A stretch of DNA of 58,873 nucleotides, from IMG/VR virus record IMGVR_UViG_3300047560_003072, positions 1 through 58,873 of that record; one strand, 5' to 3'. Position numbers and translations under genes: made by a program. Of this stretch, positions 27,549-37,100 are shown piece by piece. The stretch comes from a virus. Taxonomy: Duplodnaviria; Caudoviricetes. Under the pieces are notes generated by a model. The model had not been told where the DNA came from. It did not search any database and saw only the letters and a list, made by a program, of their open reading frames with translations. Every line of letters starts with the position of its first letter. Within the stretch, counting starts at the first letter, position 1.

Positions 27549-30176
27549 TTACTTGATGAGTTGTACAAACGCTTTGACGTTTGTATTTGAGCTCGTTGGC
27601 TTGAACAAAACAGCAACGGCCGTACTATTTATCGATGTCGAAAATAGACCAACGTTTGCCAAAGTAGTTGAACCAACCGTCGCAAACATTGTGATCGTTG
27701 AATCAGTACGGTTTTGAGCAATTAAGAATTCTTGTACTTGTGAGTTACCACCAGTACCACCAAGTCCGACCGTACCTACACGTGCAAAAACTTTTGCGCC
27801 ATAATATGTCAATGGGAAGTTAAACACTTCAACGGCCGAGTATGCTGCTGCATTTCCTGTCTGAGTGTTTGCAGTGCCAAGGTCGGTATTTGAAACAACA
27901 TATTCCAGCACATCATTTTGAAGAGTGACGGTGTTGCTAAACGTGACTGGACCCGTGACGGATAGCGTGTTGCTAAATGTTACAGCACCTGTTGCACTTA
28001 GCGTATTCGATAGCGTTGCTGCACCAGTCACAGTGATTGTATTGCTGAAACTAGCTGAGTTTGTAACAGACAATGTATTGCTAAACGATACAGCACCTGT
28101 TGCAGACAACGTATTGCTAAACGATACAGCACCTGTTGCAGACAACGTATTGCTAAACGATACAGCACCTGTTGCAGACAACGTATTGCTAAATGTTGCT
28201 GCACCAGTCACAGCGATTGTGCTGCTAAACGTTACAGCGCCCGTAGCGGATAATGTGTTGCTAAATGTTGCAGCGCCTGTCGCGGAGATTGTGTTACTAA
28301 AACTAGCTGAGTTTGTAACAGACAATGTATTGCTGAATGTTACAGCACCTGTTGCACTTAGCGTATTGCTGAATGTTACAGCACCTGTTGCACTTAGCGT
28401 ATTGCTGAATGTTACAGCACCAGTCACAGTAATTGTATTACTGAAGCTGGCTGCATTTGTAACAGATAAAGTATTACCGAACGACGCAGCTCCAGTAGCG
28501 GATAATGTATTGCTAAATGTTGCAGCACCAGTTACGGCAATTGTGTTCGATAGTGTTGCAGCACCTGTCAGTGTAGAGGTACCGAGAACACGCAATGATC
28601 CAACGTTAGCAAGACCGATTGGTGATTCAATATCACCTGTTGCGCGCAGACTAATTCTTTGTGGTGTCAGCGTGTGACCGGTTTCACTTGTAGCAGTTGC
28701 AGTGATGTTTATATTTGCACCACCATATGTTGTAGCAAGCTGGAATGCTGTCGAGTTTGCACCAACAACATAGTAGTTTGTTGCGTTAGCCAAACCGGTA
28801 AGAGCTGTATTACCTGCTGAAACAATATAACGAACTAAATCACCGTTGGCAAATCCATGAGCAGCAGTGGTCACAATATAATCAGTTGCGCTCGTCACAC
28901 CTGTAGCAGGATTGAACGTTGCGGAGGTACCGACGATGTTAGCAAAACCAGTTACAGTGGTGTTACCAATAAATGTCGTGTTGTTGACATAAAGAACACC
29001 GTTTACTGTAGCATCACCAGCAACACCAATTGTGTTAGCAAGAGAGACAATACCTGTAACTTTTAGTGTATCAACGGAAACGTTTAGGTTACTTACAGTA
29101 GAGTTAGCAAGAAGAGCAATACTTGTCAATGAGCTGTTTGCTTTAATTGTTGTATTGCCAGTAACCGTTGTGATACCTGTGACACCAAGTGAAGAGACAG
29201 TAATGTCCGCGTTTGTAACTGTAGAGTTACTTGTGAATGCTGCCATTGTTGTGGTAGCATTTGCCTTCAATGTTACGTTGCCTGTAACAGTCGCTGTAGC
29301 AACTGTCGCAGAAATATTAGATGTCACACTCAACGAACCACCTTGAATGGTAGTAGCTGCAGCGTTAACAAACGCGTTTGCAGCATTAACATACGTATTC
29401 GAAGTCGTTGTTAAAGAACCGCCCTGAATGGTAGCGGCTGAAGTATTAATATACGCATTTGCTGCGTTAATGTATGTATTCGATGTGGTCGTTAATTGAC
29501 CACTTTGTACCGTTGTGACAGCAGCATTGACAAAAACGTTAGCTGCATTGATATATGCGTTTGATGTAACAGTAACATTACCACTAGCGACGGTCATAAC
29601 AGCCGCGCTAATATAGGTGTTTGTTGTTGTAAGAGAAGTTGTGTTAGCAACAATGTCAACGTTTGTTGTCGTTGTGTTACTCGTCAGAGACACCATTGTG
29701 GTGCCACCGTTTGCATTCTTTGTTGTTACGTTGCCGTAAACAGATGTCGTTTGCGTATTGATTGCAAGCGCAGTTGTATTAACTGTTACATTAGCTGCGT
29801 TGACATAGGTGTTGGATGTAACAACTACATTACCACCAACAACGCGGAAAAACGAACCATTAACATACGTATTAGCTGCTTCGATGTAGATATTTGCAGT
29901 CGAATTTAAAATGGTGCCAGTGAAGAGTGCGTTGGATGTAATTGAAAGGTTGGTTGAGGTCGCAACATTACCACCGCGCAAAACATTACCTACAGCCACG
30001 GTGTTGGCAGCAAAAATACCATTAACCTGTGAGTTACCAGTTACCCATGCACCATTCGCAGCGCTGTTTGCTGTAACAGCCTGATATGTAAAGGTGTCTG
30101 CCATCTGGTTGGTGATACCAACCCACGATGCAAAGGAATCGGTTGCAATTACTACATTAGATATCGCTCGTGCCAT
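27549..30176 (-). CDS. long fibre protein with 12-aa repeats
   Basis: DSFASWVGITN N-motif typical of baseplate-attached fibres; TTAAHGF module; (T/S)FSNTLSATGA(V/A) repeats; beta-sandwich C-terminus. Confidence 0.75.
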   Translation of the reverse strand: MARAISNVVIATDSFASWVGITNQMADTFTYQAVTANSAANGAWVTGNSQVNGIFAANTVAVGNVLRGGNVATSTNLSITSNALFTGTILNSTANIYIEAANTYVNGSFFRVVGGNVVVTSNTYVNAANVTVNTTALAINTQTTSVYGNVTTKNANGGTTMVSLTSNTTTTNVDIVANTTSLTTTNTYISAAVMTVASGNVTVTSNAYINAANVFVNAAVTTVQSGQLTTTSNTYINAANAYINTSAATIQGGSLTTTSNTYVNAANAFVNAAATTIQGGSLSVTSNISATVATATVTGNVTLKANATTTMAAFTSNSTVTNADITVSSLGVTGITTVTGNTTIKANSSLTSIALLANSTVSNLNVSVDTLKVTGIVSLANTIGVAGDATVNGVLYVNNTTFIGNTTVTGFANIVGTSATFNPATGVTSATDYIVTTAAHGFANGDLVRYIVSAGNTALTGLANATNYYVVGANSTAFQLATTYGGANINITATATSETGHTLTPQRISLRATGDIESPIGLANVGSLRVLGTSTLTGAATLSNTIAVTGAATFSNTLSATGAASFGNTLSVTNAASFSNTITVTGAVTFSNTLSATGAVTFSNTLSATGAVTFSNTLSVTNSASFSNTISATGAATFSNTLSATGAVTFSSTIAVTGAATFSNTLSATGAVSFSNTLSATGAVSFSNTLSATGAVSFSNTLSVTNSASFSNTITVTGAATLSNTLSATGAVTFSNTLSVTGPVTFSNTVTLQNDVLEYVVSNTDLGTANTQTGNAAAYSAVEVFNFPLTYYGAKVFARVGTVGLGGTGGNSQVQEFLIAQNRTDSTITMFATVGSTTLANVGLFSTSINSTAVAVLFKPTSSNTNVKAFVQLIK
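27920..28570. repeat. 36-bp (12-aa) tandem coding repeat array
   Basis: Roughly 17-18 degenerate units; near-identical gtattgctaaacgatacagcacctgttgcagacaac copies around 28076-28183. Confidence 0.85.
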
Positions 30177-30390
30177 TTGTTTTTCCGTTTATTAATTGTT
30201 GCAGTAGCTGCTTTATCTCTTTCATATCCTGCTGCAATGTGGCAACTTCTTGAGCAGTGCGTTGCAATTGCAACACTCTTTCTCTCTCCATTCTGAATTG
30301 AGCATAGCCAGCTTTATCTATATTTAGAATAGCGGTCGAACGCTTGTCTCTGACAAAACCAGGATCTTCCGTTTTAATTATTTCGTTCAT
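30157..30390 (-). CDS. small conserved T4-like phage protein
   Basis: FVRD..S.AILN.D...Y motif plus coiled coil, typically found after the large DUF4815/VrlC-like gene. Confidence 0.7.
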   Translation of the reverse strand: MNEIIKTEDPGFVRDKRSTAILNIDKAGYAQFRMERERVLQLQRTAQEVATLQQDMKEIKQLLQQLINGKTNGTSDI

Positions 30391-32426
30391 GCTGAGACAG
30401 CGATTGCACGAACATCGTCGACGTATGGAACCTTGATACCATCTTCAGAAAGAAGAACGATCTTGAGAGCAAAAGAATCGAAGCCTTTATGTATGGCTCT
30501 TGCTTTGTTGTAATACGTTACAATGTTTTGTGATTGAATATCAAGGAATGCGCTGCTTGGACGATCAATAACGTCAACTTTCAAACCTGTTCCAACCAAG
30601 CTAGCATTTGCGCCTGTACCTGTTGCAAGAGTAAACGTTGTCGTGTTAGATTCAACGACAGTATCCACAAAATATGTGCTTGGAATGATAGGTGAGTACA
30701 CACGAACCAAATTACCATTTGCAATCTCTGTACTTACTGATCCCGATGTTCCCGTAACAACGGTACATGCAGAGAGAGTCGTGAATGATCCTGTTGCCGT
30801 AGTTCCTAGTCTATAGAAAGGAATTGAATATTCAAGTTCTTTACGGTCGTAAATGTTTGTGGGGTTGCTATAGTCTGTATTTGCTGTGACTAAAGAAAGC
30901 TCAGTCCAATCTTTCAAGTCCATAGACTCAAGATCTTCCGAATTACGCAGTCGTGCGTATACAATAATGTTTGTATTAGCTGGTCTGTAAGCACGAACAT
31001 ATATTTTCAGATCTTCGGCAATCTGATCATCGGAAAGGGGAATTACTTTGGAAATATAGCGTGTTTTTGCAGATCCAAATCCCGTATACTCATTTGTCGT
31101 TGTGTTGTTTAATTCATAACGCTCAACAAACAAGTCCATATTCTCTTCACGGACATATGGTGAAACGTATGGATTAGTCGTCGTAAAGGTAATCAAACCA
31201 CGGAAAGCATCTTCTGTTGCGGCCGTTGTTACTTTGTTTGACTGTGAGAAAATTACAGGATCATATTGGTTAATTAGCAGTCTATCACCAAGCGTTGCCG
31301 TAACAGCATTTGTATCGCTGAATTGATAGGCAGCATTAGCAAAGTTTAAAGATGCTGTTACTGCTGTTCCTGCAGGTGTTTTAATGTCAAAGTTTGGAAC
31401 AAGACCATTAACAGCGTAATCCAAAACTGTTGTTATGAGTGCTGTTGCTTGTGAATCGACACCGTAAATTCTTTCTCCTGCGCTGAGATAAACAGTCGTA
31501 TTAGCTGTTGAATCTTGTAGGATTACATGATCGGAAAGACCGTTAGCATCAAACAACTTTGCAGTTACTGTTTTGAAATAGTTACCTGACGTATTTGAAA
31601 ATGATGGTACAACATCAACAACCATAGATGTTGCATTTGTAACGGAAACAACTGTACGTATTTCTGTGTTGCCTGGAGTACCATCTGTAATGGCAAACTT
31701 ATCACCAACAAGAAGTGTTGTGTTGAATGACGTACCTGTACCTGTCAATGTTGTACTGTTTTCCGAAATAGCCACTGTACCGGTTGCGTTTGCGCTTAAG
31801 CGATACACATCCTCACCACCCTTGAAATCACCCACCATGCTATTAACACGGAGGATTTCATATTTGCGGTTATAAACTCTAAATGTTTCCGACGTCTTTG
31901 AAAATTTTGCAACTTGTAGATTGAAGGAAAGGTCCGCATCAAGGACAGGTGTCAAATCTCTACCGTTTGTAATTGTGTAGAAGGCACCATCAACTTTACC
32001 AGAAGTTACTTGTGTCTTTGTTGTTGTGCCAAAAACGTTTTCACCAGCTTTGTTATACCACAATTTGAAGTCAGGATCACTACCATCAAACTTAATCAGA
32101 AAAGCATACGAACGAGCTGTCGAAAGAGGAACAGGCTGTCTGAAAGTAAAAGTTGTTGCTGTAGCACCTGACGCATCGGTAAGAATATTTTCATACTCCA
32201 CACGACCAGCAAACGTATGATGATACAGATCTAGGTTAGGAGATCCATTATCGTTTGTCATTGCGAGGTAGACGGACGCACCTGGATTTGTAATCCCAGA
32301 TTTTGTCTTTCCTGAAACAGGTTTTCCAAAGAAATACAAGTCGACGCTCGTGACAAAAATGCTATCAGCACCCTCTACTGCATCTTTATCAAGATAGAAT
32401 GTTTGAGCTAAATCAAAACCAGCCAT
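30387..32426 (-). CDS. virion structural protein (C-terminal part of DUF4815/VrlC-like family)
   Basis: LAQTFY, FVTSVDLYF, TTFTFRQPV, RYISKVI, AEDLKIY, FALKIVL, D.RAIA motifs. Confidence 0.75.
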   Translation of the reverse strand: MAGFDLAQTFYLDKDAVEGADSIFVTSVDLYFFGKPVSGKTKSGITNPGASVYLAMTNDNGSPNLDLYHHTFAGRVEYENILTDASGATATTFTFRQPVPLSTARSYAFLIKFDGSDPDFKLWYNKAGENVFGTTTKTQVTSGKVDGAFYTITNGRDLTPVLDADLSFNLQVAKFSKTSETFRVYNRKYEILRVNSMVGDFKGGEDVYRLSANATGTVAISENSTTLTGTGTSFNTTLLVGDKFAITDGTPGNTEIRTVVSVTNATSMVVDVVPSFSNTSGNYFKTVTAKLFDANGLSDHVILQDSTANTTVYLSAGERIYGVDSQATALITTVLDYAVNGLVPNFDIKTPAGTAVTASLNFANAAYQFSDTNAVTATLGDRLLINQYDPVIFSQSNKVTTAATEDAFRGLITFTTTNPYVSPYVREENMDLFVERYELNNTTTNEYTGFGSAKTRYISKVIPLSDDQIAEDLKIYVRAYRPANTNIIVYARLRNSEDLESMDLKDWTELSLVTANTDYSNPTNIYDRKELEYSIPFYRLGTTATGSFTTLSACTVVTGTSGSVSTEIANGNLVRVYSPIIPSTYFVDTVVESNTTTFTLATGTGANASLVGTGLKVDVIDRPSSAFLDIQSQNIVTYYNKARAIHKGFDSFALKIVLLSEDGIKVPYVDDVRAIAVSA

Positions 32427-32442
32427 TTGTTATCCTTAAACC

Positions 32443-32865
32443 TTATTGCTTGACTTCTACGTATTCGCTTTCAGGCGGATACAGAACTTGTATACGAATG
32501 TGACTACGGAAGCAAGAAAGACTCGTCGTCATAAAATCATCCGAAAGTGTTTGTGAATTTGTGGTTGTAAGAGCAACTTCCTTATTACCTGCAATAAGGT
32601 TTGAAGCAGCTTGCGATTGCTCAAGAGTTGTCTTATCTCCGCTTAAACCAGAATCATACAGATAGTCAAACGTCATTTTTCCATTGCTATCTGTTCTAAG
32701 AGGTTCACCCGCTTTGCCGCCAAGAGGCTTTAGCTTCGATGCTGGAACAAGCTGTCTTTCAAAATAAAAATAGTGTGTTGTAAGTGGCAGCAAACCTGAA
32801 ACGTTAAACGTGAACGTTTGCTCTCTTGCTACAAAATATACACGAGGATTAGTCTTCGTTGGCAT
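32443..32865 (-). CDS. virion structural protein (middle part of DUF4815/VrlC-like family)
   Basis: R.QTFTFNVSGLLP.T.HYFYF and LRTDSNG motifs. Confidence 0.6.
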   Translation of the reverse strand: MPTKTNPRVYFVAREQTFTFNVSGLLPLTTHYFYFERQLVPASKLKPLGGKAGEPLRTDSNGKMTFDYLYDSGLSGDKTTLEQSQAASNLIAGNKEVALTTTNSQTLSDDFMTTSLSCFRSHIRIQVLYPPESEYVEVKQ

Positions 32866-34117
32866 GCTTAACCTTTTTCAGCTTAAAGAAAATCTTGTTT
32901 CCTTTTGGTGTTAACTCTATTCGTCTCTTAATAATTGGTTCTTGTTCTAAAACAACAACAAAATTCTTACATATCATTTGCATAACATCAGGACCAACCT
33001 TCATTGTGAGACCGGAGCCAGGACATCCTCGCTCACCTCCACCGAAAGGTATATAACTTCCCTTCTCTATGCTTGATAAACCTTTTGCAAAGCGCATTGG
33101 ATCGAATAACTCTGGACTCTTCCAATTCTGCTCTGACATATGCGTATCACGCACACTAACTAAATCTGTTGAACTCTTCCAAAAGTGAAATGGACATTTC
33201 GACTTCTGCTTTGGTTCATATGATAACAAATGGAATGGCGGGTACATTCTTAACACTTCCATAAACGCCCAACGAGCATACGCTCCATCGTTTGCTATTC
33301 TTGCTGCATCGTGTCGATTTTTCGAAACGACATACAGCATCCACATTACAGCGCCAGCAAGTGAGTTACCATTTATGATTAGCATTCTGATTTCACCCTT
33401 TACATCTTCTTGTGTAAGGATACCCTCTTGCTCAGCCTGCTTCAAATCATAAAACAAACTACCTTTTTTACCAACCGCCTTTGTATAAACCAACTCCGCT
33501 AACATATCCAGGTTCTCATTGCGTTTCTTCAACCCTGGCGCAAATACATCTTTAACAAACTTTGGTACAAACGGAACATAATTCAAAAAAAACATACGTG
33601 CCGTTGAAACATCCGCCCCATGTTCTTTATGGGAAAGTCCAATTCTATTTAGCTCTTGCTGTGCATCATCTGGCAACTTTGCACCGAGCAGATTACTCAA
33701 CAGACTGTTTCCAATAATCCCACCCACAACACCAATAGGATTAAACGTTTCACCGTTTTCTGAAATAGTCGATACAGTTTCAAACAACTGCTTTGTAACT
33801 TGATCAGAAATAATTTCGTATATTGAAGCCTTTAAGTGCTTCTTCATAAACTGACGTTTAATTTTAGCCTTTTCATCATCTTGCGAAACAGATGAGTGAT
33901 TCGCACCCATATGTTTAAGCATTCTACGTGAAAATCCCGACCGTGTTATATCTCTCCTTGTGTACAGCTCACTAATAACTTTTGGATTGGATGTAACCAT
34001 TATTTCCTTGCCAACAGCTCTAAAACGAACTGTTTGGCTAGGAATTTTTGAAAGATCAGTTAGTATCTTTTTGAATTTTGTTTTGTAGGTCATTATATTG
34101 TATCGATCCTTTGACAA
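32849..34117 (-). CDS. cytochrome P450
   Basis: Heme-thiolate signature PFGGGERGCPG, K-helix EVLRMYPP, meander WKSPELFDPMRF; alternative start ATG 34093. Confidence 0.93.
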   Translation of the reverse strand: MSKDRYNIMTYKTKFKKILTDLSKIPSQTVRFRAVGKEIMVTSNPKVISELYTRRDITRSGFSRRMLKHMGANHSSVSQDDEKAKIKRQFMKKHLKASIYEIISDQVTKQLFETVSTISENGETFNPIGVVGGIIGNSLLSNLLGAKLPDDAQQELNRIGLSHKEHGADVSTARMFFLNYVPFVPKFVKDVFAPGLKKRNENLDMLAELVYTKAVGKKGSLFYDLKQAEQEGILTQEDVKGEIRMLIINGNSLAGAVMWMLYVVSKNRHDAARIANDGAYARWAFMEVLRMYPPFHLLSYEPKQKSKCPFHFWKSSTDLVSVRDTHMSEQNWKSPELFDPMRFAKGLSSIEKGSYIPFGGGERGCPGSGLTMKVGPDVMQMICKNFVVVLEQEPIIKRRIELTPKGNKIFFKLKKVKHANED

Positions 34118-37100
34118 TCTTGTATTTCAAGAATGCCTTTACAGCAGCAAATTTTACCGCGTAAGGAACTTTCTCACCTTTTGTTGAAGTTACATCACTA
34201 TACAATTGATTGACAATGTCTCTATCATTGTACTGCGTTGCATGCTTGTCGATTAATTTCAATGTTGCTAACTTGTATAGCTTTTTTGCTTGTTCATTTT
34301 GACCAAGTTTAACAAGCTGCGTCAGTGGTTTAATAGTTTCACTGTAGAAGTCATCCCATTTTGTTTTACGCTCGGCAATAATCGGACCAACAACATAATA
34401 GAATTTCTTAGCCTGATCATCGCGCTTGGAAGTCATGTGAACGTCACGTAGATAACGTGCAAGATGCAATTCCTCACAGTCATCATCCAATCCCAAGTAT
34501 TGTACAGTAGCTGTTGTTAGGAAACAAGAGCCACTACCGCTCGAGCCGCCAGTACTTCCGGAAGTATCACCAGACATACCTGCACCACCGTAATCAGGCG
34601 CTGGTGGTGCGGGATCTGGAACAATTGTCACTTCACCGCGGGCCATGATTGAGAATGACGACGGCTCAACTGTACCTTCACCAACGAATTGTGTACGTTG
34701 ACCGTCTGTACCAATAACACTACTCTTAATGCTCTGGTTAATCAAGATAGTAGAAGCAAAAGGCAACATCAATGTATCACCATTAATAATACCTGCTGCT
34801 GTGTTTGCATGAGTTGTATCAAAGCGAGCTTCAAAGTTGATTTGCTTTGTAGCTGGTTTCAAAAAGCCTTTTTGCTGATCAATAGTTGCAGCAAACTCAG
34901 GATGTGTTACATCGACCTTTGTGTAATCATCAAATGGTTCGACGAAAAAGCCATTTTTGAAACGACTCGTTGTTGGTGTAATACCACTAGGAATAACAAG
35001 ATCTTTAATCGCTGATTCGACTTGATTCAAGGATGTTGTATATTCAACAGCTTTCAAACGACGATCCAACGAACCAATATCAGACATTGTGTAACGTCTT
35101 GGCTGAGATTCAATCGACTCTTTCATTGTGATAGATCTGATCGATGATTGTACCATCTTTCTGTTAACACTACCACGTGTACTTGTTGTTCTCTTTGCAG
35201 CAAATTCAACACTGTCTGCATTTAGCGAAATAGGGAATGAAGGATATGGAGGAACCTTCAATACTTCAAGTGTAACAGCGCCAGCCGGCTCTTTTGGAGG
35301 AACTGGATTTGTTGGATGTGGGATACCTTCAAGCACTTCAAAAGAAGAGTCTTTACGGACAATTACTCTATCAATACGCGAATCGTAGTAATTGATTGTA
35401 AACGAAACAAGTGAATCAGGAGCAGGGAAATATTGATCATCACCACTCAGAGCAAATGTGTTTGCTGGGTTCACCGTAGCACCTGCAACAGTTGTCGCAA
35501 TGTTAGCTGTGTTTGATCCATATGGGCGGAAGTCGATTACATCACGAAGATCGTAATAATCACCCTTGGTAGTAACAGTTTCAGGCATTTCCAAAACGTT
35601 AATGCCGGCGTTATTATTTGCACTTAGTGTAGTCAGGTTAGCTGTTGCGTTGATCGTATAAGAACCATACGTAAAGAAACCTTCCGCGCCACCTGTTGTA
35701 AATGCATCAACCTTAACAAGGATAAATGTATTAGTATTGACACCTGGTTGTGCGCCTGGGTTCAAAATCAACTTAGCGGAACGATAAGCATTCTCATCAT
35801 CATTTACATCAACGGAGAAATACTTGGTAATGTCTGTGTTACTCGTTGTAACAGCAGATGAGTTACCTAGGTAAACGTTTTTCAAACGAATGACACCTGG
35901 AATACCTAGGTACCAAGGACCAGTGTTGCCGCCTGCGTTATTGCTTGTATGGATTTTAACATACAATTCACGGTTAACAGTCTTCGTTACAGGAGATGCG
36001 TTTGTCTTCTTCTTGTTGTATACTGCAATTGCTCCGACTTGCGGTGTAATTGCTTTGTTAATATCAATTGTCAGTGTTGTAGCACCAGCGTTTAGGTTTG
36101 CTGTTCTTGTCGAACGCACAATATCGATTGGATACAGAGCAGGGAAGAAAGGAACAAGGTTACCTGTAACAGCCAACGCAGCATTTGCATAAAGTGTCAT
36201 TGAGGTGTTGCTTGCAACTGATTTAATTTGTGCAACAACGTTTGCTGTTGTATTTGCAATCTTAACCCAATCGCCTGCCTGATATTCCGTCAGCCAATTT
36301 GTGGACGTTCCTGTTAATGTCGGGCTCGTCGTGCTGGTGGTTGTTGATCCGTTGGTATTCGACTGAGCTTGTGTGTTTGCAATCGGGAAAAGAATGATGT
36401 CCTGTTTTTGTGCTGCAGACAATGAACCGCCGGCAGTGTATGGGAACGTCTCACCAGTACCCAAAGGACCAATTGTCAGTTGACCGGTTGTGGAAAGCTG
36501 CAGTGTTGATGGAGAAACTGTTCTGTACGTGTATGTAATATCAGTCAACGATGCTACACCTTCGCGGCCAACAGGGAAGATCATCTTATCGTTTTGAACA
36601 TCGACAAGAGAAGCAATGTTGGATGCTGTAGTTGCATCATATGTCAAAACAACGTCTGCAACACCATCATATGTGCTATCATAATATACAGCACGAACTT
36701 GACGGAATGAATAACCCTGTTTCATGTTGATATCAAACAAGTACATACGATAAACGCACTCTGGTGTACCTGGTGTACCTGAATGAATTACCAACGAACG
36801 CATACGCGCTGTACCGATTTCAGAGCCTGGAGCAGTAATCGATCCCGTACCAACCGTCATTGTTGATCCGTATTGTTTTGCTGCACTGCGCAAACTTACA
36901 GTTGCACCTGCTTTGAAATCGAACTGACCTGCAAGCTCTTTAACCAAAACATAATTACCGTAGTTAATGGTAATGTTCTGGTTCGGTGACGTTACAGTAT
37001 CTGTTGAACGTCTGATGTCAAGGTAGTTGTTGTAAGTCGTTTGTACGCGATAACCACTAATGTAAGCCAATCCTGGATCAATAATGACTTGAGCATGAGT

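Noticed and set aside
27925-28677. 250-aa plus-strand repeat ORF
   Set aside because: Antisense mirror of the 12-aa repeat fibre; no RBS or promoter context
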